Below, one piece after another: positions 1 to 11,008 of a stretch of DNA of 64,000 bases (its first letter is position 1; every line of letters starts with the position of its first letter). A model generated the notes under the pieces. The model worked only from the letters and a program-made list of their open reading frames with translations, made no database searches and was not told the origin of the DNA. The position numbers were made by a program, and so were the translations under genes. Source of the stretch: Macrostomum hystrix (taxonomy: Eukaryota > Animalia > Platyhelminthes); NCBI GenBank assembly GCA_950097015.1, contig CATNEN010000038.1:29264001-29328000 (forward strand), written 5' to 3'.

Positions 1-1782
1 CTTTTTCACTCGCTTCTTTGCTCTCTGTGATGATGCTTTCCCACCATGCTTCTTCAATTTCCTTCAGTCTCCTCTTCATCTCCTTGCGTTCTTCCTTCAG
101 ATTTTCTTTGATGGTTTTTGCCTCACGTTCCAGGGCCCTTCTTGCTCTGATGTTCTCCTCTCTGCTGATTCTTTCCGAGATTTTGTTTCTTTCCTCGATC
201 CGTTGGTTGATTCGTTGATGATGTATCCTCATTTCTTCTTCGTGTCCTATCATCCAAGGGCTTTTTGTCGTTGCTTTCTTCGTTCCACAGGTCTCTGTCG
301 CGGCTTCTATCAAGATGTTCGATGTAGCCTGCCATGTTTCGTCTTGTTCCAGGTCTTTTTTCTTATTTTGTAGGTTTTGTACTTTTTCTTTTGTGTTTTC
401 GCGATATATCCGTTTTATCTCCTCGTTCCTCAGGTTTTCCCAAGCGATTTGGGGTGGTCTGTTCTCTTTTCTGTTCCTCCATTTCTTCTTCGGTGACTTC
501 AATGTCAGTGTGATGGGTTTGTGGTCCGAGAGTACCAGCTCGTTTGTCGTTCGAATTCTCCTCACTAGTCTGTGTCTGTCACATTTCCTCATCATAAAAC
601 CGTCCAACTCGTACCAGCTTCCTGTGATCCTGTTGATCCACGTGCCTCTCTTTTTGTGTGGTGAGAAACTGTTTACGAGTTGGAGTTCGTGCGCGATGCA
701 CCATTCGATGAGATCTTCTCCTGCCGCGTTTGTCCTGGTCTCTAATCCGTGCATGCCTGTGGCTGCGGTTCCAGTTTGCCTTCCGATGTGGGCGTTGTGG
801 TCTCCGCCGATGATTAGCGTGTGGTCTTTAGGACAGTTTGCCATTTCTCTCTCCAGCTCCTCTCTGTACATTTCTCTCTGTGCAGGGCCGTAGTCCCATA
901 GTGGCTGGTATACCGAGATCAAGAAGTAGTTTCTCAGTTTGATTGTTGTGACTCTCTCTCCGAGAGACATCCTCTGTTTGCCTTCTATCCATGCCTGTAG
1001 TGCTCTTCCTCTCAGGATGATGCCCGATCGCTTCGAGTGGATCATGACTGTTTGCTTGCTTCCTTCGCCAAGCCAGATGACTCCAACTTCCTCCGCTCTG
1101 ACTTCCGAGACTAGGACTATCTCCCAGCCTTTCTCCTCGATGTAACCACATGTTCTTCTCAGTCGGTTTCTGTTGCACTCTCTCGTCGATATTCCTTGTA
1201 GGTTCCAGGTTGTAATGTTAATTTGGTTGTCGTCTTTTTTTGTTCTTTTTGTTCTTGTTTCCTTTCATTCGTCTTGACTGTCGGTCTTTTCTCCTTCCTT
1301 CTTGCGTATCGTCTCTCACATCTCTGTCTCTTCGCATCCTGGCTTCTTCCGTTTCTTCTAGCTCTTCTTGTTTTTGCCTTCCTGGTCCTATCTGGTGAGG
1401 CTCCTTCTGATGTTCCCTCTTCTTCAGTTGTCGGACCCGGGTTCGGATGGATGGTCTCTAACTGTCTTCTAATTTCTTCCTTGACTTGTCTTTTGGTTCG
1501 TCTGAACTGCTTTGTCAGCTTCCCTCGCGCGATCTGTTCGATCCTCGCCCTGTTCGGGCCATCGGAGGCCCTCGCCTGTTGCTTGTTTTTAGAGTTGCTC
1601 GGGTCGGCTAGTCCCGAGCCGCTCTGTTGTCCGGGGGGAGGTGACGGGTGCGGTCCGGACGGGTCGCACCCCGTTCCTATTCCCCCGGCCTTGTGGCTCC
1701 TCTTTGCCGCACAGACTTGGGTGTTTCCACCTCGGACGTGCGTTCCCACTTGCACCTCGGGGAGGTCGTGAGCCACGAGCAA
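1..1782 (-). CDS. RTE ORF N-terminal part: AUG-less leader with ETIHPNPGP, basic linker, then APE endonuclease after a -1 shift at an A7 run (~1225-1231)
   Basis: ORF 1159..1782 has no internal Met. The APE frame is open from ~1225 to the window edge and is closed upstream by a TGA. One extra A in CAA AAA AAG joins the two frames (EQKK-DDNQINITTWN). Confidence 0.7.
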
Positions 1783-1784
1783 GC
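1693..1784 (-). ncRNA. candidate HDV-like self-cleaving ribozyme at the RTE 5' end
   Basis: P1 GCUUGC/GCAAGU with G1-U wobble; P3 ACC/GGU; L3 UCCCCGA; GG for P1.1; P4 CGCAC/GUGCG capped by GGUG-GAAA-CACC; J4/2 GCAAA; P2 GUGGCUC/GAGCCAC. The P3-proximal part of P2 is mismatched and P1 is only 6 bp. Confidence 0.65.
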
Positions 1785-4303
1785 GTCTCTGGCATCTTCA
1801 TATTCTTCGTGATCATCGTCTTCGTCTGAGGGCTCAATTTCTCTAGTCAGAGAAGTCTGACAGCTCTGATGCACGAGGCTTGGGCTGCATTGAGACTGAT
1901 GTTCTGACATTTCTCTTGAAATAACTGACTGGTTTCGGTTCACTGTAATGGCAGGAGGCTCAGCTTCTACCTGTAGTTCTTCCTTCTGAACCTTTTCTTC
2001 ATTGGACTTTTCCGGCGGTCGTCTGGATAGGCTGTCTGCATTTCCATGCTTCGCTCCACTTCTATGCTCAATATCATATTTGAATTCGCTCAATCTCTCA
2101 ATCCATCTTCCTAGGATTCCTTGCGCCTCGGTCTGTCTCAGCAACCATAAGATTGCCTTATGATCTGTGCGAGCCAGGAACCGTTTGCCTATCAGGTAGA
2201 ACTTGAAATGCTTCATCCCGTCTACTAGTGCAAGTAATTCCTTCCTTGTAATCGGGTATCTCTTTTCAGACTCCTTCATTGCCCTGCTAAAATATGCTAT
2301 GGGCCTTTCAACTCCATCAGATTGAATCTGACCTAGGCAGGCGCCGATTCTTCCATCGCTAGCATCTGTATCAAGTACCATTCTTACATTTTCATCATCC
2401 GTGAACTCAGGATATGCCAGTACTTCAGTGGAAGTCATCTTCCTTTTGAGTAGCTCAAAAGCTTCATCATGTTTTTTTTAGTCCACTTCTTAAAGTTCTG
2501 GATTCCTTTCTTGGTTAACTGGAATAGCGGATGCGCTGCTTCGGCATAGTTCTGGACAAATCTACAATAGTAGTTACATAGTCCGAGGAAGCTTCTTAAC
2601 TCCTTGACATCCTGTGGTGTTGGCCAAGTCTGGATTGCCTCTATTTTGGCAGGATCTGTACTTATTCCTTCTCTTCCAACAACAAGACCTAGATATTTCA
2701 ATTCCTTTTGAAACAGATTACACTTCTTAGGTCTCAGCTTCAGTCCAGCAGTTGATAGTCTTTGAAACACTTCTCGTAGGTGGCTCATATGATCTTCAAA
2801 TTCCTTTGAATACGTAACAATTTCATCAATGTAGGACATAGCGTACTTGTGCTGGATACCCATTAACACTAGGTTCATCAGTCTCTGGAATGTTCCTGGG
2901 GCATTTGATAAGCCCTGAGCCATCACTTGGTATTCAAACTGTCCTCGAGTCAAGGTGGAGAACGCCGTCATGAACTTATGCTCCTCCTTGATGGGTACCT
3001 GCCAGTAACCGGAATTCAAGTCTAGGCTACTGAAGTAGTTGCTTCCAGTCAGATGCGAGAAAGTCTCTTGTATATTCGGCAATGGGTATGGATAATAGTT
3101 GACACGAGAATTCAACACTCGAAAGTCACTAACAATCCTGATAGTTCCATCTTTCTTTGGCACTATCACCAATGGTGTCGAGTATGTACTATAGCAAGGT
3201 CTTATTAAACTCTTTGCAAGCATGTCGTCAAGCTGTTCATCTACTTGCTTCTGTAGATGTGGTGGAATTCTGCGTGTTGGAATCCTGACCGAAGTAGCAT
3301 CTTTTAATGAGATCTCATGGGTTACCAGGTGGGTCAGACCCATGTCTTGATTATTCTGAGAGAAGGCTGATCTATTCTCCTTTACTAACTCAATTACTCT
3401 TGCTCTTTGCTCTGTTGTTAGCTCTTCACTGATGTTAATCTCTTTGATCCATTCATCATCATTCTCCTCAGCTTTATTGCTCTTTACTGTCTTGATTCCT
3501 CCATCAGTCTTTGCATTAGGTAGTCTTTCCTCTTCCTGACTATTTAGGTAAACTAGATCTTTTATTTTTAATGGCTTTGGAACTCCAATGAAAGTTGACT
3601 TGGATAAGCGAACATCGCTATTTTGCTGGTTGATTACTTCCACTACACCTTCTCCGTTCGTCATTGTTACAAGAGTCGGACTTATTTCCAGACTACCTTC
3701 TTTTGTGATTATATTGCCTCCAGATCGCTCAATTACCATAGGTGTACCATGATTTGCTTCATTATTTCTGGCTAATTTTACAGGTATTCTCAATGCACTA
3801 TTAGCTGGTATAACAACTCTTTCTTGGCAAAATACTCGGCAGACTCGGACTGGTAATTTAGTGAATCGAATAGGAAGGCAGATTCCATCCTTCATCATCA
3901 ACATTCCTTTTGTGAAGCTGACATTCTCGCAATGATTCATAAAAAACTCCATGCCTAGGATATCATCACAGTCGTGACTGCACAGCAAAAACTCTGTCTC
4001 GATTTCAACATCTCCGATATGTGACCTTTGTCGTAACTTCACCTTCAATTCTGACTTTCGATTCATCAAATGAGGTTACTCTTCTATGTGACGGCTCAAT
4101 TTCATGACTTTGAACATCTTTTTCCATGAACACTTACTAAGAAAATTATGACCGGCTCCAGTATATAACAAGAAATCAACTTTCTGTTTCCGAATCTCTC
4201 CACTTACAACAGCTTCACGTCCTTTCTTAATCGGTTCTTCATATTCACTGGTTTCTGGGGTAATGTCGGCATGTACTTCTGTACTTTTAATCTTCTTATT
4301 CAA
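1785..4303 (-). pseudogene. pol: Gypsy pol (PR-RT-RH) with stops/frameshifts and altered catalytic motifs
   Basis: Three ORF pieces: 4076-4303, 2435-4069 and 1677-2438. DTG is YTG and YxDD is YIDE; there is a frameshift near the T run at ~2472. Confidence 0.88.
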
Positions 4304-4550
4304 GTTTCCACGCGCAGGTGCATAATCGCATTTAGGTGCAAGCGGCTTATTTACAGTGGGTGCAGTAGGTGCATAATAATTCGCATGACTATATACACTC
4401 TTCTTTGGGAAAACTTATTATACTCGTCACTTTGCTTATGTACAAACTTCTTCTGATTAATCTTGTACGAATTATTTACAAATTCAGAGGCCTGAGCTTC
4501 GTACCTTCTATTTCTTGAGGGGCGTGGCCTCGCAGTTCGACCCTCGGCAA

Positions 4551-4560
4551 TCAGTTTCCC
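4551..4560 (-). promoter_or_regulatory. gag/pol -1 ribosomal frameshift slippery site G GGA AAC followed by the gag stop TGA
   Basis: Minus strand CAG GGA AAC TGA (QGN*) just after the CCHC knuckle; a standard X XXY YYZ heptamer at a Gypsy gag end. Confidence 0.7.
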
Positions 4561-5297
4561 TGCGCCCGATAGCGCGGTTGTCTGGACTCCTGGCAGAATC
4601 TGGCCATATGACCTGGCTTTCCACAGTTGAAGCAGGTTCTGGGTTGCTGCTGTTGCTACATCGTTGGCTGTGACCTGTTGTTACTACGGAAACCTACCTG
4701 CTGCTGATGGCTAGGAGGGTGTTGAGATCTGACAGCCTGGGCGTAAGTCTGACGCTGTGGACTCTGTAGAAACTGCTGCTGCTGTTGCATTGGCTGTTGC
4801 TGATAGCCATCCCTAGTAAAAAAAACATCGAAAACTTACAAAGTACAATTCCAAGTAACAGTGAATACGTCTGCCAAGTACTTGGCACACATTTAGCAAG
4901 TTTATGTTGTCGTTTCAAATTCTTACAAAGTATTAAATGTTACTTAGTACTTACTTAAGAAGTTAACTTCGTACTGTTGCAAGGTATTGAATGTTACTTA
5001 GTACTTAAGAAGTTAACTTTGTGGATTGTTCTGCTACTTGTTCTGTTTCCTGCGTCGATTATTCTACTATACACTGCTGCTCATGATAAGTGTACTCTCT
5101 AAAAATCAGCTTTTAATTGCATGGGTGAATGTTGCAGCCAGCTATTTACCATAATTACTGTCGAATAACTTGTTACTCAGACAACCCAGAATGTCTGAAT
5201 TGTAGTAGATAACTCTGAATATTACGAGACAGAAGGGTGCGAGTGTAATCAGTCAAGGAAAATTAATAAGCCTGTAGGTATGCGTTTAAAGGTATAG

Positions 5298-5726
5298 TCA
5301 GTTTGCGGGAACTTCATTAGCACCATCACCGTAGTCAGCGAATTCAATCTCGGCGGGGCGCAGCCGAATTCCGCGCTTGATGTCACAGCCCAATTGATTG
5401 GCTGCGTCACGTGCGTTGCTGCTAGCAACTTCATCGTTAAACCTGTTGCGGCACGCGCGGAGGAACAGATGGCTTCGCGTAGGCGACAGCGCCTGACGTG
5501 CCAAGCCACTTCGCCGCTTTGGAAGAAGTAGACCCTGTCGGAGCTCCTAGTCAGTCCACAGGTGTCTGGCAAGGAGAATGCCATATTCTGACGGCGTGAG
5601 GTTGCGTTCGCCGAGGCTGACAATGTTAATTCCATTGTGCATTACTGGCGCTGCGTTCTCTTGTGGCACGGGGTTCACTGCACCATTGCCTCGATGTTCC
5701 AATGCTTTTCGAAGCTTTCTGGCCTC
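5298..5726 (-). pseudogene. 3' half of the split BEN-domain gene of element C
   Basis: EARKLRK...NLTPSEYGILLARHLWTD*EL...ARDAANQLGCDIKRGIR is homologous to the C-terminus of 9989..11008; in-frame stop at 5547. Confidence 0.85.
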
Positions 5727-5929
5727 CCCTAGAAAAAAAAACAAGCTAAACTTTGTAAGTACTTACAAAGTAAACAATCAAAAGTCGTGACAAGTACCAC
5801 CCAAGTGTACTAGGATGTTTTCATGGTTGACTTAGAAAGTAACCAAAGTTTGTTGCCATGACTTACAAAGTTTACCATGTTTGACTGCCATGTACTTAGG
5901 TTGACTTGTAAAGTATATATTGTTTTCGT

Positions 5930-6160
5930 AAGACGACTTACAAAGTATGCAAAGTAGACGTTGCATATACCTAGATGACTTACAAAGTATGCAAAGTAGA
6001 CGATGCATATACCTAGATGACTTACAAAGTATGCAAAGTAGACGTTGCATATACCTAGATGACTTACAAAGTATGCAAAGTAGACGTTGCATGTACCTAG
6101 TTGACTTACAAAGTATGCAAAGTAGACGATGTATATACCTAGATGACTTACAAAGTATTC
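5930..6160. repeat. 42-bp subterminal tandem repeat of element A
   Basis: About 5 copies of GACTTACAAAGTATGCAAAGTAGACGTTGCATATACCTAGAT. Confidence 0.9.
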
Positions 6161-6732
6161 GTTACATTAGTTGGCTTACATTTGGCACATCACTGACGGA
6201 GCCCAGTAAAACTGCATTACAAGCAATTCTAAATAAAATAAGAAAATGTAGACCGGATAATTTTTCTGCTAGAAACGCAAAAGCTCGTGTTATCGAGAAT
6301 GGAAGCAAAAAATACTTTATAACACATGATCGTCCTTATTCCAAAACTGTGTAACCTTTATTGAAAAAATTATGTTCAGAATGTGGCAGAAGTTCTGCGG
6401 ACAACTATCTATCTATCCAGGCACAAGCTAACAGCTGCTGTTGACAAGTTGACAACTGACAACGCCAGGGACACCCAATTGCACAGGAAGCGAATAAGCA
6501 AAGAAAAGAAAATTGATATGAAGCATGTTGCACAGCATTTAATAAGAAAAGTAGCACAAACACTAGCTGCTAGCATATAGTTCAAAGGCATCTTTCTGTA
6601 CAGGTCAAAGTCATTATCTACACGATATAAATCATCTACTACAACTCAATCAAAATTGTACAATTGCTAGCCTTCTTGTGGCCTGAAAAGATCGAAAGCC
6701 GCACAAAAGAATACCACTAAATGTGCAATTAA

Positions 6733-6905
6733 GGGGGGGATTCGCCGAATCCCGATTGGCCGAAGTCCCGACTCGCCGAAATCCCGATTTGCCTCCACAC
6801 AACTCATCGGATTTCGGCTCCATACAACTCATCGGATTCGGCGAATCGGGATTTCGGCGAGTCGGGACTTCGGCCAATCGGGATTCGGCGAATTGGGATA
6901 CACCC
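6733..6905. mobile_element. 173-bp MITE with long inverted arms and 8-bp TSD (MULE/Merlin-like; family uncertain)
   Basis: TSD GCAATTAA at 6725-6732 and 6906-6913; GGG...CCC ends; arms ATTCGCCGAATCCCGATTGGCCGAAGTCCCGACTCGCCGAAATCCCGAT and their reverse complement. Confidence 0.88.
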
Positions 6906-6917
6906 GCAATTAAGAAA

Positions 6918-9161
6918 CTAATCATGTTCGAAATCGTTTATCACGGGAATAGCAAAAGAGACGTCAGATAACCTTGTAGAAACTAAAACAAAGTGCTTTT
7001 GTAGGAGATCAACATTTACAGTGATGAAAAACCCAGAAGTTGATAACGAATAAATGGGACACATCTTTGTTAAAACGCCAACGACATCTTGGAATGGGAC
7101 TTGCATTTCGCCAAAGCCAGCACGCAAACAAAAATCAATAGCACTTCGGTAAGCAAAGCACTCACAAAAATATTTGTCATTGTGACGCAGGATTTTCTCG
7201 ATCCGCAAAAGCATCTTCTTACAAGAGATGTCAGCCACCGCAAAGCAGCTAGCAGTTTGTCGATTGCTCTCAGCTCGTGCTGTTGTGAATGTTTTTCCGT
7301 TAACCGTGATTCGATTGCCTCGATGGTGCATCGAAGGAGCGGTCGGCTTGATGGCAGGACGCATTCGGCCAGCCAGCTTCCGTCTCAAGAAATTACGGAT
7401 CATTATTTCAGCTTCGTTTCGCGTTCCGTGAATCTGCGAAACCAAACGGCCGAAGAAGCTTTCAAACAAAGCTGCAGAAGTACACCAGAGAGGCCCGTAA
7501 AGCTCTACTTGGGATGCGAGGTGTCGCAGTGCATGAATTGACATCGTACACGACTCTGTACCAAACCAGGCAGCAAGGCTAGCTTGAAAGCACTCAATCA
7601 TACGTTCTGCCAAATTGAGATGTTCATAGGCAACACAGTCTGATGAAAGCAAATAGGTTGAGGTCGAAATGAGACAGAATAAGAACATCAATCGCTTGGA
7701 AGCACCCGTAACCAACAGTAGCGGAAGAATGAAGTACAGAAGAGCATTCTTGAGCTCACTTGCTTTCCATCGATTAAGATCTTCGAGCTTTCTTGGCTTT
7801 CTAGTGAAGCTTCGTGGCACCTTCACTTTCACGAGTTCTTCAGATACAGCTGTCTTATCTAGCAGCTTGTGCTTTATGCCGTAGTTAAGCAGTCGGCTTG
7901 TGACATTTATGTACACCAAATGCATCGCATCAAGTGGAGCCCCCTCAGGTACTCTGATCAACTCGGAAAGCAGTGTCGGACCTTTGACGCCTAGATGGGG
8001 CTTCTTTGGTTCCGCAATGATGGAATGCAGCTGATGAGTATGTGAATTCCGTAGAGGGCTTGGCTGCTCTAGGAACGGAAACGTCATCTTCCGGTACTCA
8101 AGCGAGTATACGCCTTCAATCTCACAGATAGTGCAGCCACGCTTGCCGTTAAAGTTTTGCATATTTAAAAATTCGGCCTTGGCAGGAAAATCTGCTACTA
8201 AAGCCAGAACACAAAATTGAACACTAAACGACTGGAGTTGGAATTGCAGCTTTGATGTATTTTCTATCAATACCTGCAGAATCTCCTGGCCATCAGGCTT
8301 ACATTCACCATAGTACACGGCAAGCAGAATAATGTTCTGCCATCGAAGACGGTCTCCTGGTGGAAGGTTGAGCACTGCGAATGATACTGGCCATAGTTGA
8401 CAACCTTTCGACTTTTGTGGAGTTGCAACACCATCAACATTCAACAGCACGTATAAAAACTTCGTGTCAGCTGTGTTCTCGTGCAAGCGAAATGCAGAGC
8501 CGCAAGTGATGTCTCGAAATTCCCCGTGTTGACGAACAGGCGCGAATTCGAACAATCTTGGGTATGTTTCGAGCAAAGTCTCTATCTGCAGCCTTGCATC
8601 TAACACGTAACAGGTCCCACCTGACACAGGCACCTCGATGGTTAGTTTGGCTTCTGCATTGCTTTCCTTGTTAAGGTCGTACAGTGTTGGACAACGATTG
8701 GGAATTGGCAGCACATCAGCAAACAACTGCAAAAACGTTTCTGCGGTGGCATCATCGACGCGGTGATCGGCTACAGTGGAAATAAATCGCCTGCCAAATT
8801 CACCCACAGTAATCGCAGCGCTAGGATACAGGCTTTCAGACGACGAAAAGCTGGACTCTTGTGTAGAAACAGTTGCCTGCGGCTCGTCGAACGGAATGGG
8901 ACTAGAACATCGGGCTTCCGACTGCAGTTGCTGTTCAAACTCAGATTCTGTTAGCAGAAACGGCGGATTTTGCTCCAATTCAGGTCCAGCAATGGTTGCA
9001 AGGCTCACTTCAGGTTCCTGCACTTCACTGGGACTGGGAGTCTTCCAAACGAGCGAATCTTCTGACAAAGGTGACTCATGCGCAGAGCTGGGAGAAGCAG
9101 TCCTTTGTCGCTTTGAAGCTCGCTTTGCCGAATACGTGAGGCGCTGCTTCTTCTTTGGCAT
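6918..9161 (-). CDS. CMC/EnSpm (Tnp2-like) transposase of element A; probable start MPKKKQR at 9161
   Basis: Motifs LNVDG, QLWP, LNLPPGDR, ADFPAKA, FNGKRGCTIC, GVKG, DAMH, WKASE, HALRHL..YGPL..S..FES; ends FEHD. Confidence 0.88.
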   Translation of the reverse strand: MPKKKQRLTYSAKRASKRQRTASPSSAHESPLSEDSLVWKTPSPSEVQEPEVSLATIAGPELEQNPPFLLTESEFEQQLQSEARCSSPIPFDEPQATVSTQESSFSSSESLYPSAAITVGEFGRRFISTVADHRVDDATAETFLQLFADVLPIPNRCPTLYDLNKESNAEAKLTIEVPVSGGTCYVLDARLQIETLLETYPRLFEFAPVRQHGEFRDITCGSAFRLHENTADTKFLYVLLNVDGVATPQKSKGCQLWPVSFAVLNLPPGDRLRWQNIILLAVYYGECKPDGQEILQVLIENTSKLQFQLQSFSVQFCVLALVADFPAKAEFLNMQNFNGKRGCTICEIEGVYSLEYRKMTFPFLEQPSPLRNSHTHQLHSIIAEPKKPHLGVKGPTLLSELIRVPEGAPLDAMHLVYINVTSRLLNYGIKHKLLDKTAVSEELVKVKVPRSFTRKPRKLEDLNRWKASELKNALLYFILPLLLVTGASKRLMFLFCLISTSTYLLSSDCVAYEHLNLAERMIECFQASLAAWFGTESCTMSIHALRHLASQVELYGPLWCTSAALFESFFGRLVSQIHGTRNEAEIMIRNFLRRKLAGRMRPAIKPTAPSMHHRGNRITVNGKTFTTARAESNRQTASCFAVADISCKKMLLRIEKILRHNDKYFCECFAYRSAIDFCLRAGFGEMQVPFQDVVGVLTKMCPIYSLSTSGFFITVNVDLLQKHFVLVSTRLSDVSFAIPVINDFEHD

Positions 9162-9988
9162 AATTTGATGGGCTGGAAGTTCGGGGATAAAGCAGGAAAA
9201 TTTTAGAATTAAAAGAAAAGAAACATAAAAGAAACTCCCACTCCCAATTAAATATTCATAGACTGTCAGGCTCCCATAGATTATACTTTGCATAAATGAT
9301 TTTAGATTTTGACAATTATATAATGTCACCACTTTTACAAAAGGTGGAAAAGGAGTACAAATCCAAGTGAAATCCAAGGGACAAGCTGCTGCACTCCTTC
9401 TGGCAACAAGCAGACAATCAATGCACAAAAAGATGGAAAATTGGCATGCTACTCTCCTGGTAACAAGCAGAGACAAAATACATTTGACTACTATATACTA
9501 AAATATTTGAGCAGCTATTTAAAACATTACCCTTTAAATGTTGTAGAAAGAAATTTGCATGGCAGCTAGAATATTTCTTTATTCAGAAAATATTATATAA
9601 ATATATTAGTAAAGGTCTTTATATCACCTTTTTATTCCTACAGCTTTAAAGAAGCCACATTTAACTGTGCAATACAACCAAAAGACATCATAATATTCCC
9701 CCCATATTAAATTTGTGCCAAAATTCGCACTTAAGTCCAGCAAGCTATGCTAAAAGCTCCCATAAAAATGACATGGAAATTTTTAAGGTCTTTCTATTCT
9801 ATTAAATGTTATTTTAGATCATATAGACTACAGAAAGGTCAATAAAAAGTAGTTGCCACACTAAGTTTTATACACAAAAGTAAGACACTTGATATCATTG
9901 TTGCATTGTCATTTAAATTACCATGGGAGTTGGTAAAATTGCATCAGTCTAATAGCAAAGCATGACAATAAGTCCGAAAATCAATTCT

Positions 9989-11008
9989 TCAAGTTCCAAT
10001 GTTCTTGCGGCACCGAATTCCTCTGCGAATGTCGTTGCCAAGCTGATTGGCTGCATCTCGGGCAATGCTAACAGAAACATCATCCTTGAGGAAGCGGCTG
10101 TTGACAGCTTTGAAAAACAAATTGCCTCGATTTGGTGACACCGAAGGGCGTGCTGTAGGCGTTTGCCTTTTGGTACCTACTCGGCAACTTTTAAGCTCAT
10201 CATCTGTCCACAGATGGCGAGCTAGCAGAATTCCATATTCAGAAGGTGTAAGGTTGTTGTCCCCTAGCCTAGCTAGGTCAATATCATTGGCAAGCACTGG
10301 CACAATGTTCTCATTAGTTGCAACTTGGTGCTGGTTGGCAATTCCAGAGTGTCTACCAATTTCAGCAGACTTTCTTAGCCTTCTAGTTTCTCGCACTTGG
10401 GCCTCTAGAAGCTTCACAATTTGGCCATTCAAAAGGTTGGTCTTAGCAAGCCTTTTGTTGAGTTCCTTTAGCTGAACAATTACTGGCACCTGAGCCTCAG
10501 ACTGCATGCTTGACTCAACAACCGATACATTCCGATCTAGGTCCTCAGGGTCCTCATCCCCAGAATCATCAGCATGGGCTTCTTGTTCATCTTCACTGCT
10601 ACTTGAAGATTTCTCAGCAGTTATAGCAGCAGAACCATTGGCAGCAGAATTTGCAATAGCATCAACATCACCAGTGCTATTTAGCAAAGATGAAAGATTA
10701 ACACTTGATGTGTCCTGTCTACAACTAAGCTTGGACTCCAGTTGCCTCTTTGCTTGATCCAGGTCTCGTTCATTCGTGCTAGCAGCAACAACAGAACCAA
10801 CATAATTGTTAGTTAGCTTGATAGTCGATTTCACATCAAGATTTCTAAGGTCGCAATTGCGCAAGCTAGCTGGCAACAGATGGGATACAGATGACAATGT
10901 TGAGTAGGACTTATCTTCTTGAAAATATAATAAAACATATGAAACCATTGATGATTGCACTTCTGGTCTTCGGTCAAGAACCTTCTTGGTTCTTTTTGGC
11001 TCTTGCAT
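9989..11008 (-). CDS. BEN-domain accessory protein of element A (339 aa, uninterrupted)
   Basis: N-terminal YVLLYFQED domain, acidic linker, coiled coil, and a C-terminal BEN-like block (SEYGILLARHLWTDDEL...RPSVSPNR...ARDAANQLG). Confidence 0.75.
   Translation of the reverse strand: MQEPKRTKKVLDRRPEVQSSMVSYVLLYFQEDKSYSTLSSVSHLLPASLRNCDLRNLDVKSTIKLTNNYVGSVVAASTNERDLDQAKRQLESKLSCRQDTSSVNLSSLLNSTGDVDAIANSAANGSAAITAEKSSSSSEDEQEAHADDSGDEDPEDLDRNVSVVESSMQSEAQVPVIVQLKELNKRLAKTNLLNGQIVKLLEAQVRETRRLRKSAEIGRHSGIANQHQVATNENIVPVLANDIDLARLGDNNLTPSEYGILLARHLWTDDELKSCRVGTKRQTPTARPSVSPNRGNLFFKAVNSRFLKDDVSVSIARDAANQLGNDIRRGIRCRKNIGT

Larger units (their letters stand above)
1..1784 (-). mobile_element. RTE-type non-LTR retrotransposon, 5' part (runs off the left edge), inserted into Gypsy pol
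   Basis: Hand translation of the minus strand gives APE endonuclease motifs INITTWNLQG, LVSEVR, SVYQP, IIGGDHNAHIG, NAAGEDL, ELDGF and SDHKP, then an RTE-like linker (WENL..., KSPWM, EEAWWE). The Gypsy frame turns into unrelated sequence at about 1784. Confidence 0.85.
1785..4810 (-). mobile_element. decayed Ty3/Gypsy LTR retrotransposon internal fragment (gag end, PR, RT, RNase H)
   Basis: Gag zinc knuckle RTCFNCGKPGHMARFC (~4590-4640), protease FLLYTGA, RT (SSLDLNSGYWQV, YIDEI), RNase H (DTDASD, TRKELLA, TDHKA, NADSLSR). Cut by the RTE on one side and an EnSpm terminus on the other. Confidence 0.93.

Noticed and set aside
18-1771. Plus-strand hydrophobic ORFs resembling membrane proteins
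   Set aside because: They are antisense shadows of the A-rich RTE ORF.
9162-9476. Hydrophobic N-terminal extension of transposase A
   Set aside because: It starts at a non-ATG codon in AT-rich, intron-like sequence; MPKKKQR at 9161 is the likelier start.
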